Of a stretch of 64,000 nucleotides of DNA, positions 16,926-28,441 are shown one piece after another (positions within the stretch are counted from its first letter, which is position 1; each line of letters begins with the position of its first letter). This DNA comes from Eledone cirrhosa (taxonomy: Eukaryota). The stretch is from positions 66,712,001 to 66,776,000 of the forward strand of contig OZ024743.1 of assembly GCA_964016885.1 (NCBI GenBank), in the 5' to 3' direction. The position numbers and the translations under genes were made by a program. The notes beneath the pieces are model-generated. The model worked only from the letters and a program-made list of their open reading frames with translations, was not told the origin of the DNA and ran no database searches.

Positions 16926-16980
16926 ACTGCTATATATATTTCGGTGAAAGCCATCTTTGGCTGTGCCCTCTTCAGGCAGT
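16926..16980 (-). ncRNA. Type I hammerhead ribozyme (family C)
   Basis: Minus strand: ACTGC CTGAAGA GG..AGCCA-aaga-TGGCT..CC GAAA TATATA TA| GCAGT. Stem III is palindromic. Confidence 0.8.
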
Positions 16981-17707
16981 CTGAATTACTGTGGTAGAGA
17001 GGAGTACACATGTTGTTGAGATGTTTAACTTTGTCAATACTCTGATATGCACAGTTCGAATTTCAGCGTCAAAGGACATCTTCTACTCCCATTGATCAGT
17101 TGTGAGAACATTCCTCAGTCAAAAGTCTATAGAAATTCGTTCTGAGGCGAGGCAATCTGTAGTGGTTGTTCTTGTTATTGTTAAGTACATCTGACCTCTA
17201 CTCTTATGTTGGTAGTGGTGTTGGTGTTGGAGTCAGCTAAAAAAATGATAAAGTGCTAGAAGGAATAAGATGGTAAAGGAACAAAATAAAATAAGATAAT
17301 CAAATAAAATGTGTGTCTGTTATACCCAATCTCAATGTTAGAAAGATTTGTAAGGTCACTCCACCCATTGATCAGTTGTGAGAGCATTCCTCAGTCAAAA
17401 GTCTATAGAAATTCTTTCTGGGGTGAGGTTACCTGTAGTGTTTGTTTTTGCTATTGTTTGTTAAGTACATCTGACCACTACCCTTATTTTGGTAGTGGTG
17501 TTGGTGCTGTGGTCAGCCTGGGTCTTGCTGCTGCTGACATTTAGAAGTATCTGTGTGTGTTTCTTCATCCATCCTCCCACCATTTCTCGTGGTGGTGGTG
17601 GGGGGGGGGGGGGCGACTGTGCCATGCATATGAAGAAATAGAAGGCAATAAAATGAAGAAAACAGAAAATAAATAATAAATAATAAATAGAAAATAAAGG
17701 AAAAATT

Positions 17708-17955
17708 AATGAAAAATGAAAAATGAAAAATGAAAAATGAAAAATGAAAAATGAAAAATGAAAAATGAAAAATGAAAAATGAAAAATGAAAAATGAAAAA
17801 TGAAAAATGAAAAATGAAAAATGAAAAATGAAAAATGAAAAATGAAAAATGAAAAATGAAAAATGAAAAATGAAAAATGAAAAATGAAAAATGAAAAATG
17901 AAAAATGAAAAATGAAAAATGAAAAATGAAAAATGAAAAATGAAAAATGAAAAAT
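17708..17955. repeat. (AAAAATG)n heptamer microsatellite, about 35 copies
   Basis: Direct reading. Explains the spurious FHFSFFI ORF. Confidence 0.95.
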
Positions 17956-18594
17956 AAAAATGAAGATTCAAATAAAATAAAATGTGTGTGTGCTATAACC
18001 TATCTCAAAGTCAGAAAGATGTTGGATAAAGTGGTAGGAGGAACAAGATGGTAAAAGAATAAAACAAAATAAGATAATCAAAAATAAAATGTATGTGTGT
18101 TATAACCAATCTCAACGTTAAAAAGATTTACAAGGTCACTCCTCCCATTGGTCAGTTGTGAGAGCATTTCTCAGTCAAAAGTCTATAGAAATTCTTTCTG
18201 GGGTGAGGCTACCTGTAATGTTTGTTTTTGCTATTGTTAAGTACATCTAACCTCTACCCTTATTTTGGTAGTGGTGTTGAGCAAGACCTAGGCTGACCGC
18301 AGCACCAACACCATTACCAAAATAAGGGTAGAGGTCAGATGTACTTAACAATAGCAAAAACAAACACTACAGGTAGCCTCACCTCAGAAAGAATTTCTAT
18401 AGACTTTTGACTGAGAAATGCTCTCACAACTGACCAATGGGAGGAGTGACCATGCAAATCTTTCTAACGTTGAGATTGGTTATAACACATACACATTTTA
18501 TTTTTGATTATCTTATTTTGTTTTATTCTGTTACCATCTTGTTCCTCCTACCACTTTATCCAACATCTTTCTGACTTTGAGATAGGTTATAGCA

Positions 18595-19041
18595 CACAGA
18601 CCCTCCATCTCAACTCACCTTTGGAAAAGCAGAAGAACTGCGAAACCGGTAAAGGAACCAAATAAATATATATATTTAAAAAAAAAATAAGACTCCAGTT
18701 GCATTTTCGATTTCATCTCTTTTTCTTTATATATATATATATATAATTATATATTCGTGTACAGATATTTTTGCATACACAATAACAAAATATAAACAAA
18801 CGTATTTATTTTACGAGGCTCGACAGTAGCAAAAACAACAACAAAAAAGAGAGGGAACGCAATAACATGCTTTTGAAAAATCTTCATGGAAAATTATTTG
18901 CCTATTCACCCAAGGCGACTTCACTTTTTATTAGGACTTCTGCATCAATTGGTGAACATACGACGAAACTGTTTCAGAAAGGAGGGATAAACATGCCAAT
19001 CTATGGTTAGAATCCCGAGCAACGCCGGGCCATTCTGCTAA
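18595..19041 (+). mobile_element. Non-autonomous Helitron 3' portion
   Basis: Ends cccgagcaacgccgggccattctgCTAA|T (hairpin plus CTRR). 18745-18817 matches the reverse complement of 41373-41450. 18595-18730 is repeated at 38211-38310. Confidence 0.65.
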
Positions 19042-19489
19042 TTAAAATAGTAGATTATAGTTTAAGCAAAGAATCGCTGCTTTCACCCTTAACGGGATCT
19101 TCTGAAACTAAAAAATCAATCTGTGAATGCAGAAGTAAATATTTCGAAAAACGTTGCAACCGAAGGAAAACAGGAAGACGATACTTTGGTTGGTGAAGAC
19201 GTTCCCTGGCAATGAACGGAAAAAAGCGAAGATAAAACGTCGTTATGTGGTGTGATGAGAAGAATTACACGCAAAGACAAAACCACGTTTATGGTATAAA
19301 TGAAGTCGTAGACTAATATTCTATTTAGGAAACCGATTGATTATCGGCTTCAGAGTTAAGAATAATGTAAATAAATTAGTAAATAAATTAGTATATATAT
19401 ATAGTGTGTAACGTTTTTCGAAATATTTACTTCTGCGTTCACAGATTGATTTTTTTCACATATATATACACCCACACACACCCACACAG

Positions 19490-19520
<31 letters not shown>

Positions 19521-19549
19521 CACATACACATATATATGTATACATATAT

Positions 19550-19594
<45 letters not shown>

Positions 19595-19860
19595 TATATA
19601 TACACACACATGCACAAACACACATAGATACAGCCTCTCAAACAAATACGTACATAGATACACTACTAATACACATAAACACACATGCATGTTTAAAAGC
19701 AGATAGGTAAGAAGTACTTACATAACCATAGTGCGGTGTTTCGGGTCGGCAGGGGGTAGGGGTAGGGTGGGAAGGAGTTGGAGGAGCTATTTTGTCGAGT
19801 AGGGTTTTTTTTTAAAAAGAAAATCTTTTTTTAGCCATCTGGCATCAACACTGGTTTAAG

Positions 19861-20697
19861 TTATTTGAAAGTTGCAAAGTTTTTGTGCATGCAATTCGGG
19901 CAGTGTTCAGAGAGTTTGTTCAGTAGCGGGCCCTTGGCAAATAATATTTCGTAGCTCTCTGAAATACAAAGGTCGCAGCACTTGTGTCCTCCCTTGTATG
20001 AGCGCGCTTTCTGGAGTATCTTCCATTTAAGCGTGAAGCGGGTGGAGTTCCTTTTGAGGTCCCAGACATAGAAGGCGAGTGTAGTCTGATTTGATTTGTC
20101 CCGTCTTCTGAAGGAATTGGTATGGGCATACCACCGGGTCTTAAGATTATTGGAAGTCATACCGATGTAAGTCTTTTTGTTGTTGCCGTCATCGGTGCCT
20201 GAGATGACATCACATTTGTATACGATGTCATTTGTCAGGCATTTGTTTTCAAGTGGGCAGGCTTCCTTATTTAGGCAATTGCACAAGGCTTCCGTCCGGG
20301 GATTAGGTTCGGAGGTAGTAGGTTTATTTAATTTTTTAGAGTTGAGATTGGCTATATTCCTATCTAGGCTAGGTGTAGTGGAGTAGGAGAGTCTTATTGT
20401 GTTCTTATTGAATATGGTGTGGTACCTATGTTGTATGGGGGAAGAGTGTCTCCAGCAAAATGAAGAAAGTCCTAGATATAGGTGTAGAAACCTCACTATT
20501 GAAGGGGGCAGGGTTGTACCAACTAATCTGCCTATGCCTATTCCTCCTAGGTAGTCTTGGAGTGTTTCTAGGTAAGTGATCTTCTCTTTAAATCCGCTAC
20601 GGGCGAGGGTGTCATTGTAGTAGGAGGTGGAGGCGTTAAATATATCTTCATTGGCCGAGAGACCGGAGATTCTAATTGAGACGCTTTTTATAAGGGG
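19861..20697 (-). pseudogene. 5'-truncated Penelope-like (Naiad-type) ORF: RT thumb, Cys-rich linker and GIY-YIG endonuclease
   Basis: IFNKNTIRLSYSTTP, CNCLNKEACPLENKC, IVYK...TYIGMT, CDLC..E...LLN...CMH. Confidence 0.93.
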
Positions 20698-21058
20698 AAG
20701 CACCCCAATACTTAGAACCCTTTCTGCCTTTGTCACCCTTATTTCAGCCTTAACGAATTAACTTCTAAAGAATTTCCCTTCCCTTTTCTTTAAACCAATG
20801 AACACCGCCCATCCTGTAGTCATCTGACTTACAGGCATTGTTAGTTTAAGAGATAAACAAGGATTGGTATTCCAATTTGAACTTGTTTACAGTATTCTTT
20901 CTGCCTTTGTTAATATCATAGCTTTAAACAATTAGCTTTTAAGGAACTCCCTTTTCGTTAAATCCATCAACCAATGATCTCCACCCATCATATTCCCCAC
21001 CCTCTCTTACCACCAGAAAAGAAAATATATAAATACCACCATATTTACTTGGACAGCC

Positions 21059-21109
21059 AGCTTCCTGATGATTTCTTACGAATGAAACAGTTCTAGTCCT
21101 GTAGAAGCT
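21059..21109 (+). ncRNA. Type I hammerhead ribozyme (family D), probably in the inverted pLTR of the adjacent PLE
   Basis: AGCTTC CTGATGA tTTC-ttac-GAAt GAAA CAG-ttctagtc-CTG TA| GAAGCT. Perfect 6-bp stem I and GUA cleavage triplet. Confidence 0.85.
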
Positions 21110-21194
21110 TTTCTATATTAATACATATATATATATTTCGTTTCTGAATTTGTTTAGCAAGATTATTTATCTGAAAACGTGTGTTGAAACCGAT

Positions 21195-21571
21195 ATTGTT
21201 ATACTTTGGGAGGGTCATGTTGCCAATAAGAAACACACGTACCAGTTGCTTTCACTTCAATTTATTATAAATTAAATTTATAAATTTAAGAATTTATAAA
21301 TTTCCGGTTGGTTGGTTGGTTCCACAACCAGACGATTGTTCATATATTGTCAAAGTTCTTTCGTCACACATTCTGTGACCTCTTCAGTGACTAAGCACCC
21401 AACACACACAAAAACAAGATGGCGTAGGACAGAACAAAGGAGAGGCACAAAAACAAAGAAAATAATCCCCAGTCACTGAAGAGGTCACAGAATGTGTGAC
21501 GAAATTTATAATACATTGAAGTGAAAGCAACTGGTGCGTGTGTTTCTTATTGGCAACATGACCCTCCCAAA

Positions 21572-21572
<1 letters not shown>
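21195..21572. mobile_element. Head-to-head non-coding PLE-type insertion (family B variant)
   Basis: 21205-21270 and 21505-21572 are inverted copies. HHR on the minus strand, with a truncated HHR copy at 21472-21504. Confidence 0.7.
21349..21391 (-). ncRNA. Type I hammerhead ribozyme (family B variant)
   Basis: Minus strand: GTCA CTGAAGA G GTCACA-gaatg-TGTGAC GAAA GAAC TT| TGAC. Confidence 0.8.
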
Positions 21573-21629
<57 letters not shown>

Positions 21630-21642
21630 AGGAGCAAATATG

Positions 21643-21738
21643 ACCCCGACGGCAGAGTTCAAGGCGTTTCGACGGCTATTTCTGGACTAAGTAAGAATTT
21701 TTAGCATGGTATATAAATAGCCAAACTTATCAAGGGGT
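21643..21738 (-). ncRNA. Hammerhead ribozyme copy in the inverted pLTR (U3:A8 core variant)
   Basis: Minus strand: ACCCC TTGATAA G..GGCTATTT...AAATAGCC.TC GAAA CGCC...GCCG TC| GGGGT. One stem III mismatch. Confidence 0.7.
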
Positions 21739-22032
21739 ACTTCCTTATATAGGAAGATAGTAATTGTCAAGAGGATTGGTTAAAATTTGTTATAAAGACA
21801 AATAAATCGATCATGGCATTTGGTGGGAGGTAGGGGTGGCTGAACTTGCCGGTAGAACAAAGAGGGAGTGAAGAAATCCAGTCAGGCGTTGAAAGTGAAA
21901 TCTATACAGCAGATTCTAAGGATAAAGTATGAAAAGTCGAAAAATTGTACTGGAGAAAAGGAGGAGGGCAATTGAAAGAATAGTAAAATAAATATAAGAA
22001 TAAAAAAAATATATAAAAAATAAAAAAATATA

Positions 22033-23475
22033 TGGGTCAGCACCCAGGAAGTAATCTCATGGTCCAGGAATATTGAGGACAAACGAGAAACAAAATTCAT
22101 CCAGTTTGACATAGAGAGTTACTATGCATCTATTACCTTACAGCTCCTTACGGCCGCCTTGGACTTTGCCGAAACACTCACACCCATCACCGACCAGGAA
22201 AGAAATATCATTCTCCACGCCAGGAAGACAGTCCTACTTTTCGACAACTCCAAGTGGATAAAGAGAGCTCGTGACCCCCCCCCCCCCCCATTCGACGTCA
22301 GTATGGGCGCGACGGATTCGGCCGAGGTAACAGATCTTATAGGATTATTCCTACTATTTAAACTAACCGAAATGTTTCCTGCATTCGGCAGTGGATTGTA
22401 CCGCGATGATGGGGTCCTCACCCTCAAAGCATACAACCCCAGTAATACAGACCGGGTACGTAAACAACTAATCAGCTTCTTCCGGGACTGGGGATTTAAA
22501 ATAACCCTACAAACGTCCCTAACCCGAGTAAACTTCCTGGACGTTACCCTTAACCTCGAAAATGATCTGTACTACCCATACAGGAAACGAAACGATAACC
22601 TGCACTACATCCACCGCCGCTCTAACCATCCTAGAAACATCACCAATAACCTGGTTAAAAACATCGCTCTCCGCATATCTCTATTGTCCCCTAATGAGCA
22701 GATATTCGACGAACATGCGCCTCATTACAACCAGGCCCTCAAGCGGAGTAGCTTCCGGGAGGAAATATCCTTTTATCCAGCTTTCATTAGCAGAACCAGC
22801 GGGCGACACTGCCGCTCACGCAACGTAACGTGGTTCAATCCTCCCCACAATGCCGAGGTGGCAACACCCATCGGGAAAATCTTCTTTAGGCTCCTCGAAA
22901 AACACTTCCCACTACAACACCGCTACCACAACATAATCAACAAAAACACCACCAAACTCTCCTACAGCACCACACCTAACTTCGCACAAAACATCGTCTC
23001 ATCTAATAACAAAAAACTCAACTCATATGGAAGAAATAACCTAGACATCAGTGGAGAGCCGACCAGGAGGTGTAACTGTCCTGATAGATCCATGTGCCCC
23101 CTCAACAACAGATGCCGAGAACGTAATGTGATCTACCAGTGCAACGTGAGAACGGACACCTCCAACAAAGCTTATATAGGATTAACAGCTTGTGACTTCA
23201 AGACTCCGCTCTACAAACACCGACATTCTTTCCGAAACCCGGTCCGGCGACATGCCACTACACTTTCGGGCCACATCTGGGACCTCAAAGACAATAATAT
23301 AACCTACAATCTCACTTGGAACTTACTGTCCAGAGCTAAATCTTACACTGGAGGACGCCGTCCGTGTAACTTATGCTTGGAGGAAACATTACAAATGCTG
23401 TTTTCGAAGGACCAACTCCTAAACAAGAAAGACGAACTGGTAACTGCATGCAAACACAGATTGCGTAGGACTTAG
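22033..23475 (+). CDS. PLE reverse transcriptase plus GIY-YIG endonuclease (open frame, 5'-truncated, no true start codon)
   Basis: The frame extends upstream of 22159 as WVSTQEVISW..KFIQFDIESYY (RT motif A). Also FDVSMGA, GLYRDDG, WFNPP, CNC..CPL..C, VIYQ..AYIGLT, CNLC..E..LLN..CKH. Confidence 0.93.
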   Translation, partial: WVSTQEVISWSRNIEDKRETKFIQFDIESYYASITLQLLTAALDFAETLTPITDQERNIILHARKTVLLFDNSKWIKRARDPPPPPFDVSMGATDSAEVTDLIGLFLLFKLTEMFPAFGSGLYRDDGVLTLKAYNPSNTDRVRKQLISFFRDWGFKITLQTSLTRVNFLDVTLNLENDLYYPYRKRNDNLHYIHRRSNHPRNITNNLVKNIALRISLLSPNEQIFDEHAPHYNQALKRSSFREEISFYPAFISRTSGRHCRSRNVTWFNPPHNAEVATPIGKIFFRLLEKHFPLQHRYHNIINKNTTKLSYSTTPNFAQNIVSSNNKKLNSYGRNNLDISGEPTRRCNCPDRSMCPLNNRCRERNVIYQCNVRTDTSNKAYIGLTACDFKTPLYKHRHSFRNPVRRHATTLSGHIWDLKDNNITYNLTWNLLSRAKSYTGGRRPCNLCLEETLQMLFSKDQLLNKKDELVTACKHRLRRT

Positions 23476-24457
23476 CTCGCCCTCAAACCCCATAACGACC
23501 CGGGTGGGTAGACAAGGGCTGATACCCCCCACTTACCGATTTTGTAAGGAGAAACCCCTGCTTACATGTACCTCTTTCTTTTTCTTTTCATCTATTTTTC
23601 CTCTACGTTTCCTTCTACCCCCCCCCCCCCATCTCATCCTATCACTTCCTTCCATCCTCGATCTTCTTCCTCGTCTGTTTTTCACCTTTCGCCTACCCCG
23701 ATGCAGCCCATCGGTCCTCTGTAGCCTCAGTACCCCCATCCCAGTAATTTTAAGATAGAATTGGCCGGTTACGCTCTATTTATAGCAGATGTGTTAGACC
23801 CCTGTAATTTCTTCTTTTTCGTGACTACTCCATTTCTACAATCTCTAAATTTCTTATTTAGTATTATTTTTTTCTCAACTTATCAACCTGTAATTGTAAG
23901 ATAGCATTGGCTGATTACGCTTTACTATTTATAGCAGCTGTGTTAGACCCCCCTGTAAAGCATGCTTAAACATTTTTTTTCACTACCAACTACAATCTCT
24001 TACTTAGTATTTTTCCCATTCTCTACCTATTATACTTTTCTATAGCTTAGCAATCCCTACTTATAGCAGCTGTTTATAGACTCTACTGTTTTTGTTTTTT
24101 TATTCATTTCTCACTATCAAAAATTTGTTTAATATATATATATTTTTTTAAATATATTTTTTATATAATTATTATTTTGTTATTCTTATTTTTATTTTAC
24201 TCCCTTTCGACTTACCTATTCTTTCAACTCTCCTCCATTTCTCCAGTACAATTTTTCGACTTTTCATACTTTATCCTTAGAATCTGCTGTATAGATTTCC
24301 CTTTCAACGCCTGACTGGATTTCTTCACTCCCTCTTTGTTCTACCGGCAAGTTCAGCCACCCCTATCTCCCACCAAATGCCACGATTGATTTATTTGTCT
24401 TTATAACAAATTTTAACTTATCCTCTTGACAATTACTATCTTCCCATATAAGGAAGT

Positions 24458-24553
24458 ACCCCTTGATGAGTTTGGCTATTTATTTATCCGGATAAACATT
24501 CTTACTTAGTCCAGAAATAGCCGTCGAAACGGCTTAAGCTCTGCCGTCGGGGT
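24458..24553 (+). ncRNA. Type I hammerhead ribozyme in PLE pLTR (family A, U3 core variant)
   Basis: ACCCC TTGATGA G..GGCTATTT...AAATAGCC.TC GAAA CGGC-ttaagctct-GCCG TC| GGGGT. GUC cleavage triplet. Confidence 0.85.
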
Positions 24554-24670
24554 CATATTTGTTCCTATTACCCACTCTACTACACTAAGTATTGAGTACT
24601 TTGGTGCGTTATGGTCCATCTAGTTCCTTACCACAATTCCTTCGTTATATATGTATATATATATAATACA

Positions 24671-24713
<43 letters not shown>

Positions 24714-24718
<5 letters not shown>

Positions 24719-25591
24719 ATATATTTAGTCAGTTTCTACATGCTGTCGAAATGTTGGATAAATAATCTATTGGGGCCACCGCGAAGAGGCCACTTTCTGC
24801 TATTTATCGGAGATTTCTTCATAAGAGCCTTTTTCTTATAGCTTGGTCTAATTGATTTTTTATATGGTTAATTATGCTAATTAGAAGAGGAAATATTATA
24901 TATTTTATCTAATAATTCTAAGGACATGATTTATGATATATTGCTCTGATTATTTAATTTATTAATTCTTCATAGAGCTTAAAAGTGACCGGTTGCAACA
25001 TATATATATCTATAACTTTATGTATATGTAAACCTTTACATTTAATAATCTCCCATTAGGTTGAGATTCAACTTGGCGATATTTGGCTGCGCTTTCTAGC
25101 AGCAAGCCTACCCGCCGTAAGCAACCAATCACATTCTTTCTGGCTTGACCACAGCCACATAGCGATTCTTAGCCATTTTTGAATCTAATTTTGGCGCGAT
25201 CGGGTTAGAAAACTAGATGTCTGATTTTGAGTTTGTCTCCTGATGAATCCTAACTGAAGACATTCCTATTATTTGGATGTCTAAAAATACGGATGAAACC
25301 ATGGTAGAGATATAATTACGGTATGTACACATTTCTTCTAAGTTTAATTTTACACCTAATTGTGTATGGTTGATGATATATTTAGTCAGTTTCTACATGC
25401 TGTCGAAATGTTGGATAAATAATCTATTGGGGCCACCGCGAAGAGGCCACTTTCAGTTATTTGTCGGAGATTTCTTCATAAGAGCCTTTCTTCTTATAGC
25501 TTGGTCTAATTGATTTTTTATATGGTTAATTATGCTAATTAGAAGAGGAAATAGTATATATTTTATCTAATAATTCTAAGGACATGATTTA

Positions 25592-25598
<7 letters not shown>
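24714..25598 (+). mobile_element. Non-coding HHR-bearing element, 657-bp period, about 1.35 copies, in (TA)n (family E)
   Basis: 24714-24940 is repeated at 25371-25598. No ORF. Confidence 0.8.
25235..25311 (+). ncRNA. Type I hammerhead ribozyme (family E)
   Basis: GTCTC CTGATGA ATCC..agacat..atgtct..GGAT GAAA CCATGG TA| GAGAT. Palindromic stem III ACCATGGT. Confidence 0.85.
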
Positions 25599-25650
<52 letters not shown>

Positions 25651-25654
<4 letters not shown>

Positions 25655-27305
25655 AACATGGAACGGGAACAAAACAGAGAGGCAGTACGAACAAAGGTTT
25701 ATTAGTTTCACGCTCTTGAGAGTGGGGTGGTGGTGGGGAACGACGTTTCGGGCATAAGCCCTTCTTCAGTCGAAAAGTGCGTGGGAAGAGAGTTCCAAGG
25801 GTGTGTAGGGGAGTGGGGGAGAGACATTTAGAAAAAAGGGGGTGAGAGGAAGCGGTGGATGGAGTACAATGAAAATAAATAGAAAAACAATAAAAATAAA
25901 AATAAACATGAAGATAAACAAGTGGTGGAAGCGTGTGGGGCGTGTAGGGGTGGTGGCGGGTGGAGTGGGGCGAAGGAGGCGGGGTGTCCGAGCGGGGAGG
26001 GCTTAAGGTGGTGTGTGTGTAGGTGTACGTGTGTGTGTATGTGAATGTGAGAGTTGGGAGAAGAACGGGGTTCCATGTTCAGGAAAAGGTGTGTGTGGGG
26101 TGGTGTGTAGGTCGGTGTGTGTGTGCGTGTGTGGATGGGGAGGGGTCAGAGGGGTGGGGGAGGATTCCGGAGGCTGAGTGTGTAAATATGTGGGGGTACG
26201 CACGTGTGTGTGGTGTTTATACGTATTGTGGATGTAGGTGGCGTGTGGGAAAAAACATTTTTTTGAGTGTATGTCCGTGGGTAAGTTCCTAAGGTAGTTC
26301 CGTAGAGGAGGTGGTGGGCTGCCGGATATTTTCCTAGTGATGGAGTTGATTCGTGGGAGCGATGTCCAATGTGTGTAATCCGTGGTTGGGTTGGTCGGAA
26401 GAGGGGAGATGTTGGGTGCGAGCGCAATAGGGGAGTGGTCAGAGGGTCATGGCAGGAGGAGGGTTGTGTGTTTGTGTGTGGTCAGAGGGTCAGGACATAG
26501 CAGCAGTAGGGGAGAATGGCAGGTGGAGAAAGTCGGTGTGTCAGAGTGTGCCGAGGTGCGGTGGACAGGGGAGAGGATGGGTAGGTGTGAAAGGTGGAGT
26601 GGGAAGGGGTGTGTATTAGTAGAGGTATTAGTGGGATGCGTGTGTGTGTTTGTGTGAAGAGGTGTGGGTGGTGCGGGGAGAGGGAGGAGGAGAGAAAGGT
26701 GTGAGGGCGGTGGAGGGAGTGTAGTGTACTGGTGTGTGTGTGTGTGGTGAAGGGGGGTGTTAGTGGGTGTTAGTATACTGGTGGTGGGGAAAGGGTTGAA
26801 TGCGGGTGTTAGTGGGGGTCAGTGGTGGTAGGGTGTGTAGAGTGGGTGGGTGTGTGTGGTCGTGTGCGTGGGGTCGGAGGGGGGGGTTAGTGGTATTTGT
26901 TGTGGGGTGGTAGTAGTGGATGTGTGGGTGAGGGTTAGTGGTGGTAGTAGGGTGTGTGGTTAGTGTGAGTGCGTGTATATATGTACCTGTGGGTGTGTGC
27001 GTGATATGGGGAGTGGGGAGGGGAAGGGGGAAGGGGGGAAAGGATGTTAGTATTGTTAGTTGGGGGAGGGTGGTCGTGGTGGGGTGGGGGTGTTAGTATT
27101 GTTAGTTGTGGGGTGGGCGGTGAAAAGGAGGAGTGTGTTAGTGGTGTTAGTGGGGGATATGTGTGTGTGTGGAGGGAGGGGAGGGGGGGGGGCGCTCGAA
27201 GGCTAAAGGAATAGGGGTGGGGAGTTCAGGCCGGGGGAAGTGTGGGTCTGTAGGGTGAAGATGGTGCGTTGTTCGACCTTGAAAAGGGTGGAGGGTGTTG
27301 CGTGG
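25651..27305 (-). mobile_element. Neptune-like PLE 3' end with a long CA/C-rich 3' UTR
   Basis: Minus strand at about 27290-27203 encodes LFKVEQRTIFTLQTHTSPGLNSPPLFL* (GIY-YIG C-terminal E..I..L.T..P.GLN). Minimal HHR core and AATAAA near the 3' end. Confidence 0.75.
25738..25775 (-). ncRNA. Minimal hammerhead motif, stem I degenerate (family F)
   Basis: Minus strand: CTGAAGA A GGGC-ttat-GCCC GAAA CG TC. Stem I pairing is poor. Confidence 0.55.
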
Positions 27306-27454
27306 CATTATATTATATATATATACGTATAATATTAAGGATACTATTTATAGCTATCTATATATTAAACTATGAACAACTATAAACAGGGAAGGTCAGT
27401 AATGTATTACTAGCGTATTACCAGTAAGATATATGTATATATAAATATATATGT

Positions 27455-27663
27455 ATTGTTATATTTGGGGAGGGTCATATTTGCGTAATATTGCCAGAAT
27501 TAATAACAGAACACACTCACTGTTTGGTTGGTTTTCGCTTCTCGCTGTCTTTTATATATATATATCTGCGATCTAACTTACTCGGTCCTCAAATATGACC
27601 CTCCCCAAATATAACAATATCTGTTTCGACACACGATTTCATATAAAAAACCTCGCAAAACTA
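27455..27663 (+). mobile_element. Miniature family B insertion (inverted arm plus tail)
   Basis: attgttatatttggggagggtcatatttg and caaatatgaccctccccaaatataacaat form an inverted pair, followed by the family tail. Confidence 0.75.
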
Positions 27664-27837
27664 ATATATATGTATATATATATATATATACAGTGATAGA
27701 GAGATAGTAAATCAATCATGACCCAAGTGAGTAAACATTTATTCTATAAGTCCTTGTGCACTCTCAGTATTTAAGTAAACAGATTAGGTGAGTCGGAAAT
27801 TCTGAATACCGTAGTAATCTATCGTCTATCTGTCATT

Positions 27838-27992
<155 letters not shown>

Positions 27993-28022
27993 TATATATA
28001 TGTATATTTTATGTGTGTGTGA

Positions 28023-28075
<53 letters not shown>

Positions 28076-28300
28076 TGTGTGTATGTGTGTTAATGTGTTT
28101 ATTACCACGAAACACTCATATACACACTTCAGATGACAGTGAAGTCCTTCAGACTCCGCACCTTCGAAATTGTTAGCGAGGTCAAAGGCGAAACGTTTCC
28201 AAAATAGAAAACACTTTTGATAACTCGAGACAAATATAGATAGGAAATAATTGTCAGTGCATGTATGTGTATGTGTGAGAGTATATGTGTGTATACCTGT

Positions 28301-28388
<88 letters not shown>

Positions 28389-28410
28389 GTGTCAGTGCTT
28401 ATGTACCTGT

Positions 28411-28439
<29 letters not shown>

Positions 28440-28441
<2 letters not shown>

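Larger units (their letters stand above)
16782..18598 (-). mobile_element. PLE 3' region (family C) with internal repeats and a 5' inversion
   Basis: HHR near the 3' end. Internal direct repeats at about 17085-17240, 17260-17500 and 18040-18280. Same family as 49445-49812. Confidence 0.65.
21629..24646 (+). mobile_element. Penelope-like retroelement (Naiad-type, family A), 5'-truncated with inverted pLTR, inserted in (TA)n
   Basis: 21629-22030 is an inverted copy of about 24135-24568. RT-GIY-YIG ORF, HHR in the pLTR, TA flanks. Confidence 0.93.

Noticed and set aside
19861-23475. Selenoprotein-type Naiad (in-frame UGA plus SECIS)
   Set aside because: The conserved Cys positions read as Cys and both ORFs end in TAA or TAG. 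No SECIS was recognised.
28125-28205. Possible HHR (cagatga...gaaacgtt)
   Set aside because: Core mismatch and no consistent stem I or stem II.
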